Shown: positions 1 to 9,745, numbered from the stretch's first letter. The stretch: DNA of 58,843 nt from a virus (IMGVR_UViG_3300036793_000038:1-58843), one strand, 5' to 3'. The notes: generated from the sequence alone by a model not told the origin. Numbers and translations are program-made.

Positions 1-156
1 CGTCGGCGAGCTGAAGCGTGGCGGTGAGCTGGCCGACCGAGCGGATACCTCGGCTGTACTGCACGCCCGACAGCGGCAGCGGCGTCTGGCTGATCACGGT
101 CGGGTCGCCGTGGATGTAGTAGACGGGCCAGTAGCTGTACTCGACCTGCTGCGGCT
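1..156. repeat. Terminal direct repeat / circular overlap, left copy
   Basis: 1-156 matches 58688-58843 except at 127 (G vs A) and 138 (T vs A). Confidence 0.95.
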
Positions 157-232
157 GTCGCTGCGTCAGGTCCTGAAGCAGGGGGCGTCCCTGCGCCAGG
201 ATCGCGTTGAACGCCAGGCGGGGCAGCGTCAT
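1..232 (-). CDS. 5' part of minor tail protein spanning the circular junction (continues into 57123-58843)
   Basis: ATG at 232 overlaps upstream TGA (ATGA); reads MTLPRLAFNAILAQGRP...VISQTPLPLSGVQYSRG, in frame with the 57123..58784 ORF. Confidence 0.85.
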   Translation of the reverse strand, partial: MTLPRLAFNAILAQGRPLLQDLTQRQPQQVEYSYWPVYYIHGDPTVISQTPLPLSGVQYSRGIRSVGQLTATLQLAD

Positions 233-1344
233 GCCGGCATGATCTCCACGTCAAAGTGCCACGACAGGTCCGTCGACAGCGGGCCGATGACCAGCGTGCC
301 GGTCGCGGTACCCGAGGACACGATCAGGTTGACGGTGTGCGAGCCGGTCCACGACGTGAGGCTCACCTGCTGCGGCAGCATCATGTTGCCGAGCGTCCCG
401 TCATCCTTCAGCAGCACGAACCAGCCGTTGGCGATCAGGTTGGCCGACCCGGCCGACGGGGGCGTCGTGGTGTCCACAGCGATCGTGTTGGACGCCCGGA
501 ACTCCATCGTATGCAGGTCAGTGTTGCCCTTGTGCACGAGGAATCCAGAGCCGGCCACGATGTAGTACGGGAATCCGGGGTCCGGGATCGTGACCGAGGC
601 GATCACCTGCGAGGACGAGTCCGCGATGGTACCGGCCGACGTGTTGCCGAACGAGGGCGTCGGGCGAGGCAGACGGAACCGCTGCAAGCCGTGCCAGCTC
701 GCGTCGCTGCCGTAGCCGGACAGCAGGCTGCGTGGCAGGTTCCCGGACCCGGCAGTGTCCACCGTCCGGTAGGCGCCCACGAACGAACCCGCGTCGGACG
801 CCTGCGCGTCGATCATGGGGGCGATGCCACCGGCAGCTGGCACGATCTTGCGCAGGCCGGTCAGCGTCGCCGTGGTGGCCCCGGCAGCGATCGAGGCGGA
901 CAGCATCGGCAGGAACGTCGTCGGCGGCGTGGGCGGCGTGGGCGTGCCGGACGAGGGCGTGCCCTGCACGATGACCAGCTTGCCGTCATTGTTCGATCCC
1001 GAGTAGAACGCATCCTCGATCTCGACCCCGACGAGGTCGATCCGGGACTGCGTCGGCGAGCTGGCCGCGAACGTCAGCAGCTGATTGGCCGTGTTGAACA
1101 CCGGATAGTCGCCAGAGTCCGTGGCGAAACTGTTCTCCACGAACCCGGCGAACGGGCTCACCGTCAGGTTCAGCCCGGACAGCGACCACGACGGCGCGCG
1201 GCCCGGCGTGTAGCCCTCGGCCGCGCCCATGTGCGTGGGGTCGTTGAACGACCGCTGCATGACGGCCGTGCCGGTGTTCCGGCGCAGATCCGCTGCCGCG
1301 TACGTGGACGCCTGGAGGAATCCGGGCGGGCTGATCACCGTCAT
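229..1344 (-). CDS. Minor tail protein
   Basis: 371 aa, RIDLV...VQGTPSS.P.PP motif common in actinophage minor tail proteins; second gene after tape measure. Confidence 0.75.
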   Translation of the reverse strand: MTVISPPGFLQASTYAAADLRRNTGTAVMQRSFNDPTHMGAAEGYTPGRAPSWSLSGLNLTVSPFAGFVENSFATDSGDYPVFNTANQLLTFAASSPTQSRIDLVGVEIEDAFYSGSNNDGKLVIVQGTPSSGTPTPPTPPTTFLPMLSASIAAGATTATLTGLRKIVPAAGGIAPMIDAQASDAGSFVGAYRTVDTAGSGNLPRSLLSGYGSDASWHGLQRFRLPRPTPSFGNTSAGTIADSSSQVIASVTIPDPGFPYYIVAGSGFLVHKGNTDLHTMEFRASNTIAVDTTTPPSAGSANLIANGWFVLLKDDGTLGNMMLPQQVSLTSWTGSHTVNLIVSSGTATGTLVIGPLSTDLSWHFDVEIMPA

Positions 1345-1348
1345 GTTG

Positions 1349-2278
1349 TCATCCCATCGTGGAACGCCACTGGAGCACCAACGAGGCGGTCGCGTTGAAG
1401 CTCCCCGCAGCCGCTCGCCATCGTATCAAGTTGGCCCCCGGATCGAGGGCAAAGGGCGGCCCGGACAGCCGGAAGTTGCCGGGCGTCACGACCCCGGTCT
1501 GGTGATCGACCTGCACCGTGGTTCCGCTGGGGATGTCGTCCAGGAACGAGAACGACTGGAGGGTCGTGTCGTCACTGATGATCGGGGCCGCCACCGGGCC
1601 GGTCACCAGCGAGATCGGATAGGCAGGCTCGTCGCCGACGTTGTTGGCCACGCCCTGCCCGCCAGGGTTCGTGGTCGCCCCGAAGTTGAACGGGAACCCC
1701 AGCGGAAACGTGAACCCGGACACGGCGTCAACCGGCAGGTTGAGGAACAGCGACTCGGGCGACCCGCCACTGGCGACCTTCCACGGCGACCCGGCCTGAA
1801 GCGTGAACGACACGGTGCACGCCTCGCCGCCGATCGAGCGGCCGAACGGCGCCGTCGGGGCGAAGTCACCGGACGCGGTGCACTCCAGGGCCACCCGGAT
1901 ACCTCGGCTGTAGTCGAACTGCTCCCATACCACGGTCTTTCGGGGACCGAGCATGGAGCGCAGCCGCTGGATCTGGCCACGCAGCCCGGCAGGCGAGCTG
2001 CCGACGAGGATCGCGCCGCTGATTGCCAACATGCGGGCGGACACGGTCGACGGCCCGGACAGGCCACCGTCCCGGTTGCCGGCGCTGTCCAGCGGCGACA
2101 CGAACGTCAGCGAGTCCCAACCGTCCGGCTGCTCGGTGAACGCCAGGTTGCCGGAGTCGTCAGTGACGTTCCACCAGAAGTCGTTGATCGGGTCCGGCGT
2201 GAACGAGGCTCCCATGCGGTACTGCTCGTTCACGCCCATCGCCGGCAGCTGGACGTACGGGTTCACGGCGACGGTCAC
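1349..2278 (-). CDS. Distal tail (Dit-like) minor tail protein
   Basis: 309 aa, directly after TMP; GFTFPLGFPFNFG and N.GD.PAYP motifs, C-terminal L.PG.N. Confidence 0.8.
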   Translation of the reverse strand: MTVAVNPYVQLPAMGVNEQYRMGASFTPDPINDFWWNVTDDSGNLAFTEQPDGWDSLTFVSPLDSAGNRDGGLSGPSTVSARMLAISGAILVGSSPAGLRGQIQRLRSMLGPRKTVVWEQFDYSRGIRVALECTASGDFAPTAPFGRSIGGEACTVSFTLQAGSPWKVASGGSPESLFLNLPVDAVSGFTFPLGFPFNFGATTNPGGQGVANNVGDEPAYPISLVTGPVAAPIISDDTTLQSFSFLDDIPSGTTVQVDHQTGVVTPGNFRLSGPPFALDPGANLIRWRAAAGSFNATASLVLQWRSTMG

Positions 2279-5200
2279 GACAGGCTCCCGGTGGACAGCA
2301 GGTTGTTGGTCATACCCGACTGCGGGCTGATGGGGGCGGTGGCGATCACCGAGGCGCCGGACGCGAGCTGCCGGCCCATCGCCTGTGCGGCCTGCTGGGC
2401 GAACACCTGCGGGTTGGTGCCGGGCAGCATGTTGTTCGTCTGCTGGAGCAGTACGGCCGTACCGCTCGCGCCACCACCGTTCGCCGCCAGGGCCGACGCG
2501 GACAGGCCGATGTCCACGCCTGCCGATGCGCCGCTGAACGACCCGGCGATCGTGTCCGTCACGCCACCGAGGAACCGGGACAGCGGGTCAAGCTGGCTGG
2601 CCATGCCGTTGATCAGGCCCTGCATGATGAGCTGACCGGCACCGACCAGCAGGCCACGGTCGACCGGCTCGGGACCCTTGTGCGCCTGGATGTAGCCCGC
2701 GATGCCGCCGACGAAGTTCTTGACCGCGTCAAAGGCGGACTTCAGACCGTTGAGCAGCCCCTCGATGATCTGCTTGCCGGCGTTGAACAGCAGTGACCCG
2801 AGGTTGCCCAGCACTCGCACGATCGTGCCGGGAATGCCGCGCACGAACGACACGATGCCGCCGACGACAGTCCGCACCGCCGTGCTGGCCGCATTCCACG
2901 CCGACCGGAAGAACGAGGCGATCGGGTTGAAGATCGAGCGGGCGACCGAGACGATGCCGTTCCACACGCCCCGCAGGAATCCGCTGACACTGTTCCACAC
3001 GGACCGGGCGAAGCTGGACACGCTGTTCCACACGCCCGCGAAGAACGAGGCGACCGGCCCGAACACGGCCCGCAGGAACGAGACGATGCCGTTCCACACC
3101 GACCGCAGGAAGCTGGACACGCTGTTCCACACCGACCGGGCGAACGAGCTGACACTGTTCCACACGGCGGCCAGGAACGACGCCACCGGGTCAAACACGG
3201 TGTGAAAGGCGTTGACGATCGCATTCCACACGTTGGTCAGGAAGATCACGACGCTGTTCCACACGAACGTCGTGGCCGACACGATCGCATTCCACACTGT
3301 CGTCAGGAATGCGGCGATCGGATCGAACACCGCGTGGAACACGGTGACGATGCCGTTCCAAATGAACGTGAAGAACGCAGCGATCGCATTCCACGCCGTG
3401 ACGGCTGCCGAGCTGATTCCATTCCACGCGGCAATCAACAGGATCGCGATACCGTCCACGATGATGATGATGATCGAGCGGAGGATGGAGAAGATATCCT
3501 CAATGATGCCGACGATGGGTTCCCAGATCGGCCGCGTCGCGTTCACGACCGTCGTCCACGCCGTGACCAGCACCTTGGTGATCGTGTCCCACGCCGACTT
3601 GAACGCGCCGGACACGGAATCCCAGATGCCGCTGAAGAATGAAGTGACCGCGCCCCAGATCGACCTCGCCTTGCCGATGACGCTGTTCCACACGCCGGAC
3701 AGGAACGTCACGATCGCGCTCCACACCTTCGTGGTGACCGAGGTGATGCCGTCCCACACAGTGGCGAAGAACGAGGCGATCGCATTCCACACGGTCTTGG
3801 CCAGCGACTCGATGCCGCGCCACGTCGACCCGAGGAACGAGACGACCGTGGACCAGTTCTTGATCAGCAGGAACGCGGCCACGCCGACCGCCACGATCGC
3901 CGCCGTGATGATCACGACCGGCGAGGCGATCAGAGCGCCCAGGGCGATGATCGGCGACAGGGCGGCGTCCAGTCCGATCGTCACGGCCTCGGCGATCGTC
4001 TCCGCGCCCGCCATCAGCAACAGGGCCTCGCGCAGGTCCTTGAACGTCGTAACCAGTGTGGCGACCAGGGACAGCACCTTGAGCGCGCCGAACAGGCCGC
4101 CCAGCACGATCGCCAGGTGGGCTGCCACGTTCGCGTTGTTGCCCAGCCAGGTCGCGAACCCGACCAGCAGCGGCGTCAAAGTGTGGATCACGCCGACGAG
4201 GGCCGTGCCGAGCTGCTTCGCCAGTTCCTGCACGAACGGGCTGATCTGGACCAGGATCTGCGCGACACCCTGCAACAGGGCCAGGAACACCGGACCGGCA
4301 GCGTTGCCGATCGCCGCCATCGCATCGCCGATGGCCTTCAGGGCGGCCTGCCCCTGTGCCGACTTGAGGAACTGGCTCAGCTGGAAGGTCAGCTTGGACA
4401 GGGTGTCCAGGAACGTGCCGCCGGTCGAGTCCAGGCCCTTCAGCACCGTGAGGACGATCGAGCCGACGTTGCGGGCGATGTCGCCCAGTACGAACAGCTG
4501 CGAGACGCCCTGCTCGATCCACGAGAACAGCTGGCCGTTGCCGGCGACCTTCTGCACGAAGTTGTTGAACGCCGTGGCTACGCCACCGAAGTTGCTAGTC
4601 AGTCGGGCGACCGCCTGACTCGACACGGCCATGATCGTGAGGATGGCGGTGCCGAGCGGGCGGATCGCGTCGGCGAAGTTGTGGACCGAGGTGGCGGCCG
4701 ACCCGAACAGCGTGCCAAGGCTGTTGCGGGCGCTGGCGGACCCGAGGAACGACAGCAGCTGCTTGCCTGCCCCGCCCAGGGCCGTGGCCACCGAGCCGAG
4801 TCCGGTCCGCAGCACCGGCAGGTCGGCGGTCGCCACCGACTTGATCTGGCTGGCCAGTCCGGCGAACAGCTTCTGCTGCACGTCCAGTTGTAGGCCCTTG
4901 AACTGCGTCTTCAGCCCAGCCAGCACCGTCACGGCTTCACGTGCCGAGGGCGCCATTCCCGCCAGGGCTGTGTTGAACTGCTTCACCTTGGCCGGGTTGC
5001 CGGCGTCCGCCAGCGCTGTGCCGAATCCGTGCAGACCGAGGGCTAACGTGCCGATTGCGGCCCCGGCGATGCCGACGGCGCCCGGTATCAGGCCCAGCGT
5101 GCCCAGTAACGGGATCAGGGCGTTGGCGGCCTGCGGGGCGATCGACGCCAGCCCGGCGATCGCCCCGGCCTTGATGCCTTTCCAGATGCCGGTGAACAGC

Positions 5201-5379
5201 GAGGATGCGTCCTTGCCGAACTTGTCCAGGTCTTTCTTGACCTTGTTCAGACCGGGGTCCAGCTCGTTGCCCTTGATCGAGTCTTCAAGATCCTTCTTGA
5301 TGCCTCGACCAGCGGTCGTGGAGAACCCGGTGGTATCGGAAGTGACCTTGACCGACGCCGTGCCGATGATCTTGGCCAA
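2275..5379 (-). CDS. Tape measure protein
   Basis: 1034 aa Ala/Gly-rich helical, 11-aa W/F periodic repeats, C-terminal HKGP motif; TTG start with GGAGG RBS. Confidence 0.95.
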   Translation of the reverse strand: MAKIIGTASVKVTSDTTGFSTTAGRGIKKDLEDSIKGNELDPGLNKVKKDLDKFGKDASSLFTGIWKGIKAGAIAGLASIAPQAANALIPLLGTLGLIPGAVGIAGAAIGTLALGLHGFGTALADAGNPAKVKQFNTALAGMAPSAREAVTVLAGLKTQFKGLQLDVQQKLFAGLASQIKSVATADLPVLRTGLGSVATALGGAGKQLLSFLGSASARNSLGTLFGSAATSVHNFADAIRPLGTAILTIMAVSSQAVARLTSNFGGVATAFNNFVQKVAGNGQLFSWIEQGVSQLFVLGDIARNVGSIVLTVLKGLDSTGGTFLDTLSKLTFQLSQFLKSAQGQAALKAIGDAMAAIGNAAGPVFLALLQGVAQILVQISPFVQELAKQLGTALVGVIHTLTPLLVGFATWLGNNANVAAHLAIVLGGLFGALKVLSLVATLVTTFKDLREALLLMAGAETIAEAVTIGLDAALSPIIALGALIASPVVIITAAIVAVGVAAFLLIKNWSTVVSFLGSTWRGIESLAKTVWNAIASFFATVWDGITSVTTKVWSAIVTFLSGVWNSVIGKARSIWGAVTSFFSGIWDSVSGAFKSAWDTITKVLVTAWTTVVNATRPIWEPIVGIIEDIFSILRSIIIIIVDGIAILLIAAWNGISSAAVTAWNAIAAFFTFIWNGIVTVFHAVFDPIAAFLTTVWNAIVSATTFVWNSVVIFLTNVWNAIVNAFHTVFDPVASFLAAVWNSVSSFARSVWNSVSSFLRSVWNGIVSFLRAVFGPVASFFAGVWNSVSSFARSVWNSVSGFLRGVWNGIVSVARSIFNPIASFFRSAWNAASTAVRTVVGGIVSFVRGIPGTIVRVLGNLGSLLFNAGKQIIEGLLNGLKSAFDAVKNFVGGIAGYIQAHKGPEPVDRGLLVGAGQLIMQGLINGMASQLDPLSRFLGGVTDTIAGSFSGASAGVDIGLSASALAANGGGASGTAVLLQQTNNMLPGTNPQVFAQQAAQAMGRQLASGASVIATAPISPQSGMTNNLLSTGSLS

Positions 5380-5389
5380 GGTCCCCCTC

Positions 5390-5680
5390 CTACTTCGGCT
5401 TCATGTCCCCCGCGAGCATCTGGTGCTCGGGCAGTAGGCCCCACGTCTCCCGGTCCGGTGCGATCTTCGCACCCGCGATCGTGAGCTGCTTAGCCATCTC
5501 CTTCAGCACTTCATGCGGCGCGTCTGCCACGATCGCGTAGATGGCGTCCAGGTAGGTACTCGCGGGCGCCCGCGACTGCTCGTCCATCCCCGCCAGGGTC
5601 AACCGTCCACGGACGTACGAGCCGTACTCGGACCCGCGTTCCGTGAAGGTGATCAGTGCCCTGACGGTTCCGTAGGGCGG
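5390..5680 (-). CDS. C-terminal part of tail assembly chaperone (probable -1 frameshift product)
   Basis: -1 frame is open across the upstream stop (PPYGTVRALITF...DRETWGLLPEHQ); no good independent start; lies just before TMP. Confidence 0.6.
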   Translation of the reverse strand, partial: PPYGTVRALITFTERGSEYGSYVRGRLTLAGMDEQSRAPASTYLDAIYAIVADAPHEVLKEMAKQLTIAGAKIAPDRETWGLLPEHQMLAGDMKPK

Positions 5681-6249
5681 TTGGTCGCCAACCCGATCAG
5701 CCAGGTGCCGATCTCGGTGATGTCCTCCGCCTCCACCGTGGCGTCGTCATCCTCCTCGATCAGGTACACCCAGCGGCGACGCGAACTGCCGTTCTCGATC
5801 GCGGTGAAGCGCTTGATCGCGGCCTCGTCGCTCATCGGGTAGATGTGGCCGTCCGGCCCCCGGAATCCCGGTTCGAGGTCGGTGCGCTCCAGCGTGCCGC
5901 CCTCGGTCGGCCACGGCGTCACCGCGATGTCCGTGGCGTCCGCCAAGGTGGTGACCTGCACCGCCTGTTCGGCAGGCGAGTTGGACACCTCCATCTCCTC
6001 CAGCACCCACTGGGCCGGCACGCCGTCGTCGTTGACCAGGTTGCGGCGGATCATGCGGATGATGCCTCGGACGGCGCCCATCGTGTCGCCCGACTGGGCC
6101 GCCATCGCCGTCATCATCTCGCCGACCGAGATGCGGGGAATCGCGGTGAACTCGTGAGTCTCGTCCACGCCGTCCCGGTCCACGACCAGGCGGAACGGTT
6201 CGCGGGCTGCCTTCTTGGCGGGCCTGGTGTTCTTGCCGAACGTACGCAT
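5653..6249 (-). CDS. Tail assembly chaperone
   Basis: 198 aa, position upstream of TMP, ends ...NRPT like many actinophage chaperones. Confidence 0.7.
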   Translation of the reverse strand: MRTFGKNTRPAKKAAREPFRLVVDRDGVDETHEFTAIPRISVGEMMTAMAAQSGDTMGAVRGIIRMIRRNLVNDDGVPAQWVLEEMEVSNSPAEQAVQVTTLADATDIAVTPWPTEGGTLERTDLEPGFRGPDGHIYPMSDEAAIKRFTAIENGSSRRRWVYLIEEDDDATVEAEDITEIGTWLIGLATNRPTEPSGH

Positions 6250-6251
6250 GA

Positions 6252-6740
6252 TCAGTTACTGCCTTTCCCTCGGTGATAACGCCTGCGGTCACCCTCGCGA
6301 TCGCAGATGATGCAGTGGCGACGCTTGCCCTTTTGGCGCGTGTTTTGCTCGTCGTACGGATGATTCTGCGGACAATGCGTCTTACTGGCCTGCGGATGAG
6401 TGCCGTGCCGGATCGAGTCGCGTTGATTCTCTGACGGCGTGCCCCATTTCAGGTTGCCGAGCACGTTGTGTGCCGGTTTGCCGTCCAGGTGTCGGCTCAC
6501 GTAACCGTATGGCCTCGGGCCGACGAACGACTCCAGCATCAACGCGTGCACCTTGCGCGTTGATCTATCTCCATTGCACAGCGTTACGTGCAGGTGACCA
6601 CGCTCCTCGGGATGTTGCTTCAGTACGCGCTCCTTGCGCTGATAGCCACGCGTGTCGGTGCTTGCGACACGACGCACGCGCCCTTCCGAGCTGACCTCGT
6701 ACAGTCCGACGTACCCGACGACCGGCCGCCATTCCTCCAT
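6252..6740 (-). CDS. NUMOD4-HNH homing endonuclease
   Basis: EEWRPVVGYVGLYEVSSEGRVR (NUMOD4), VHALMLESF..RHLDG..HN.LGNLKWGTPSEN (HNH), THCPQNHPY zinc-finger tail. Confidence 0.92.
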   Translation of the reverse strand: MEEWRPVVGYVGLYEVSSEGRVRRVASTDTRGYQRKERVLKQHPEERGHLHVTLCNGDRSTRKVHALMLESFVGPRPYGYVSRHLDGKPAHNVLGNLKWGTPSENQRDSIRHGTHPQASKTHCPQNHPYDEQNTRQKGKRRHCIICDREGDRRRYHRGKGSN

Positions 6741-6751
6741 GGACGATCATC

Positions 6752-7249
6752 TTACTGGGCAAACCCCTCGATAAGACCCCTTGTAACGAAGTCATCCGGC
6801 GCGGTGCCGGGATGGTGCACGACGGTGGCAAACCGGATCTCCCCGTTGACCATGAACCGCAGGGCGCTGTTCTGCACGCGCCGCCGCTTCAGCCGGTGAC
6901 CCTTGCCGTTGAACGCCGGTCCCTCGGCCGCCTGCACGTAGTGCGCACCCCTCGGTCGAATCTCGTGCGGCGGCGTGCCGTCCAACACGAACCCGAGGTA
7001 GGGCGTCAACGCGGTCGACCCGATGTCGATCGTCACCGACGCCGTGTTGTGGGTGTCCCGGCTGAACATGGTGGGCCGCTTGCGCACGGTGGCGGCCAGC
7101 CGACCGGTATGCCTCGGTGCGTTGTGCTGGATCGAGGTCTGGACGTGCCCCGCGCGCCGCTCGATATCCTTCGCCAGGTCACCGAACGGATCCATGAAGT
7201 AGGCGTCCACCAGCAGGTCGTCAATGTGGACGTTGACACTGGTCGCCAT
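6752..7249 (-). CDS. Tail completion / HK97 gp10-like protein
   Basis: Start reassigned to ATG 7249 (TGATG coupling); AP.HTGRL, GT.PHEI.P, VHHPGT motifs. Confidence 0.75.
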   Translation of the reverse strand: MATSVNVHIDDLLVDAYFMDPFGDLAKDIERRAGHVQTSIQHNAPRHTGRLAATVRKRPTMFSRDTHNTASVTIDIGSTALTPYLGFVLDGTPPHEIRPRGAHYVQAAEGPAFNGKGHRLKRRRVQNSALRFMVNGEIRFATVVHHPGTAPDDFVTRGLIEGFAQ

Positions 7250-7791
7250 CAGCTCAGGTCGAACGACGAGACGTAGAACTGGCACACGGCCCCGACGAAC
7301 CCGCCGGACGGACCGGCCGGGTTGACGATGCCGGGCCGCACCACGGCGCCCTTGGATCGCAGCGTGTTGCCGAACGCCACGGTGGCCTGTGACAGCAGCC
7401 CCATGTCGCGCAGGATGCCCAGGCCCCAAGCGTTCAGCGTGTCCATGTCCGGCACGCCGTCACGGATCGTGGAGGTGTCCGGCGTGCAGCGCACCAGCTC
7501 AACGTCGTATACGACGTGCCGCTGCGCCAGGCCCCGACTGTTGTTGGCCTGCATCGTCACCGGGTAGGACTCCTCGGCCACGCCCCAGCCGATGCCCTGG
7601 ATCGTCACCGTGAGCTGTTCGCAGTCCCACGCCACGGCGGTCGGCTCGCCGCCGGACACGTACCGGCGTTCCGGTAGCGGCCGGTCGGATGCCGCGAAGT
7701 GGGCTACTACGGCGGATAGGAGATCGGCGGCCAGCAGGTCGACCCGCAGGCCCTGTCCGGCCGTGGCGAGATCCGGCACTACGTCTGTCAT
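7249..7791 (-). CDS. Tail terminator-like protein
   Basis: 180 aa, AWDCEQL, VELVRC, GPSGGFVG motifs; position in connector block. Confidence 0.65.
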   Translation of the reverse strand: MTDVVPDLATAGQGLRVDLLAADLLSAVVAHFAASDRPLPERRYVSGGEPTAVAWDCEQLTVTIQGIGWGVAEESYPVTMQANNSRGLAQRHVVYDVELVRCTPDTSTIRDGVPDMDTLNAWGLGILRDMGLLSQATVAFGNTLRSKGAVVRPGIVNPAGPSGGFVGAVCQFYVSSFDLS

Positions 7792-7988
7792 GGCTTCACC
7801 TGTGCCGCGTCCAGGGCAGCGAGAGCGGCAGCGAGGCGGTCGTCTGCGCCCTCGTCCGGGTCCGCCGGGGGATCGATACCGGGCGCCTCAGGTTCGGTGC
7901 TCTCCGGCGTGCTCGCGGGCTCGATCGTCGCGACCGGCTGTGCGTGGAGCGGCACGGCGGGCGTAAACGGATGGCTGGACGGCTGCAT
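7788..7988 (-). CDS. Small Pro/acidic hypothetical protein (probably leaderless)
   Basis: 66 aa; TAAGCT -10 six nt before ATG; ATGA overlap with next gene. Confidence 0.6.
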   Translation of the reverse strand: MQPSSHPFTPAVPLHAQPVATIEPASTPESTEPEAPGIDPPADPDEGADDRLAAALAALDAAQVKP

Positions 7989-7993
7989 ACGCC

Positions 7994-8023
7994 CAGCTTA
8001 GACCCCGCTACGGGGCGCCGTGA
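7994..8023 (-). promoter_or_regulatory. Palindrome-box promoter variant (no TAGACA -35)
   Basis: minus strand CGCCCCGTAGCGGGGTC-TAAGCT-N6-ATG(7988). Confidence 0.6.
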
Positions 8024-8811
8024 ATAGCACGCGGCAGGTCCGGGCTCCACACGGTCGCCCGCTTGGACCGGCCGCCCGGATTCACCGCCTGCAACCACAG
8101 GTCCACGCGGTACAGGCCGGTCTGGTTGCGCGGCAGGAACGTCATCGGGTCGATCGCCTGGAAGCTGATGCCCTGGCGAGTCACGCTCGTGACCCGCTGC
8201 GGCAGCTTGCACGGCAGGCCCACCGAGTCCTTCGCGAACTCCGTGGCCAGCGCCACCACAGCCTGCACGCCACCCTCGGGCGGCGGCTTGCCGAACGTGT
8301 AGCTGATCACCACGTCGTGGATGCCCAGCTCCCACGGCTGATGATCCAGTCGCTCCAGCCAGCCGGCGCCCGTCAGTCGGTAGAACTGTGGGTCGAGCAC
8401 GGTTCCGTCAACGGTGACCTCGGTGACGGCCGTGATCGAGTCGCGGGGCAGCTGGATCGCCATCGGTCGCAGGGTTGTCGCCGTGAACCAGTTCAGCGGC
8501 GGCATCGCCCACGTGTCCAACAGGCTCGTGAACGCCCACCAGCCCCAACGGCCCCACACCTGCTTGTACGGCCACGAGCCCTGTCCGGCGCCCGGTGGCC
8601 ACGCCCGCAGCATCGCCTGTTCGCTGCACGAACCCTCGCCCAGCCAGCGGCGGCCGGACAGCATGAACAGCAGCTCGGACGATGCCAGCAGGTGCCGCGC
8701 CCAGTCGGCCGGGGTGACCTCGGCCAGCTTCGCGACGACCGGCGGCGGAACGTCGTCCAGGGTCGCCCACGGCGCGCACAGCAAGGGGGAAGTCTGCGCT
8801 GGCGTGCTCAT
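8008..8811 (-). CDS. Head-to-tail adaptor
   Basis: Start at ATG 8811; ASSELLFMLSGR, C.LPQRVTSVTRQGIS, TGL..VDLWL.AVNP motifs. Confidence 0.85.
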   Translation of the reverse strand: MSTPAQTSPLLCAPWATLDDVPPPVVAKLAEVTPADWARHLLASSELLFMLSGRRWLGEGSCSEQAMLRAWPPGAGQGSWPYKQVWGRWGWWAFTSLLDTWAMPPLNWFTATTLRPMAIQLPRDSITAVTEVTVDGTVLDPQFYRLTGAGWLERLDHQPWELGIHDVVISYTFGKPPPEGGVQAVVALATEFAKDSVGLPCKLPQRVTSVTRQGISFQAIDPMTFLPRNQTGLYRVDLWLQAVNPGGRSKRATVWSPDLPRAIHGAP

Positions 8812-8827
8812 GGGCGACCCTTTCCGA

Positions 8828-9745
8828 TCAGGTGGCGGTCGTGACGACCTGCGACGTACCCGACGCCCCACCGTACTGCGCGGTGATCGTCGCGGTGCCG
8901 GCCGTGACGCCCTGCGCCAGGCCGTTCGCGCCCACGACGACCGTGCCGGGTGCCGAGCTGGTCCAGTCCGCCTGGCCGGTGACGTCCCGACTGGTGCCGT
9001 CGGTGAAGGCGGCGTCCGCCTCCAGCGTGGTTTCGCCGTCGATCGGCACCGACACCACGGCAGGCGTGATGGTGATGCCGGTCGGGGTAGGCGGCGCCGC
9101 TACCGGACGGTAGCCACGGGTCAGGTCCGGGATCTCCGCCACGCGCGCGTACTGCCACACGCGGTCGCTGCGCCACTGCCAGTTGCCGTCCGGGCCAGCG
9201 CCCCAGTTCGGGTTCTGCTGCGCGTCCGCCGTGAACTCGGGCAGCGCGGACGAGGCAGCCTCGAACTTGCTGTCCGCGCTCAGTTGGAAGCTCATGCAGC
9301 GCGGGAACACCCACCAGAAGTAGGGGTCCACGGCCGCGAACGAGCCGTCCGTGACCGCCCTGGTGAACAGCTCCAGCGACAGGCCGTTGGGGTTCGGCAC
9401 CGAGCCGATCTCGGGCGCGGCCCAGCCGACCTCGACATCCTGCTGGTTCATCAGCAGGTCGCCGCCCAGCAGGAACTTGAAGGCGATCGGGTCCGGCACA
9501 CAGAGCTGGAAGCTGGCGATGTGCGCGCCGGTCAGCGACGCGGGCGCCGCGTAGGACACGCACGTGATGCCGGCGCCGTTGGTCTGCGTCACCACGGACG
9601 GCTTGGTGTAGTCCAGGCCGGTCGAGATCGTGACCAGCGAGTCGGTCACGTAGCAGGTCTCGGTGCCCTGGACCGGGTTGCCGGCCTCGTCAAGCTGCGT
9701 CGTACGGAACCCCAGTGCGAACAGGGTTCCTGCACCGTCATACAT
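8828..9745 (-). CDS. Major tail protein with C-terminal Ig-like (Big_2) domain
   Basis: R.TQLDEAG, LCVPDP, PYFWWVFP, NPNWGAGP motifs; DGTSRDVT..WTSS..G.A.G..AGTATITAQYGG Ig-like tail. Confidence 0.85.
   Translation of the reverse strand: MYDGAGTLFALGFRTTQLDEAGNPVQGTETCYVTDSLVTISTGLDYTKPSVVTQTNGAGITCVSYAAPASLTGAHIASFQLCVPDPIAFKFLLGGDLLMNQQDVEVGWAAPEIGSVPNPNGLSLELFTRAVTDGSFAAVDPYFWWVFPRCMSFQLSADSKFEAASSALPEFTADAQQNPNWGAGPDGNWQWRSDRVWQYARVAEIPDLTRGYRPVAAPPTPTGITITPAVVSVPIDGETTLEADAAFTDGTSRDVTGQADWTSSAPGTVVVGANGLAQGVTAGTATITAQYGGASGTSQVVTTAT

Noticed and set aside
1-156. End repeat as a DGR template/variable repeat pair
   Set aside because: Only two mismatches, at contig ends, at T positions on the coding strand; no reverse transcriptase recognised.
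2700-3900. Tandem DNA repeats (33-bp and 132-bp periodicity)
   Set aside because: Ordinary 11-aa tape measure repeats.
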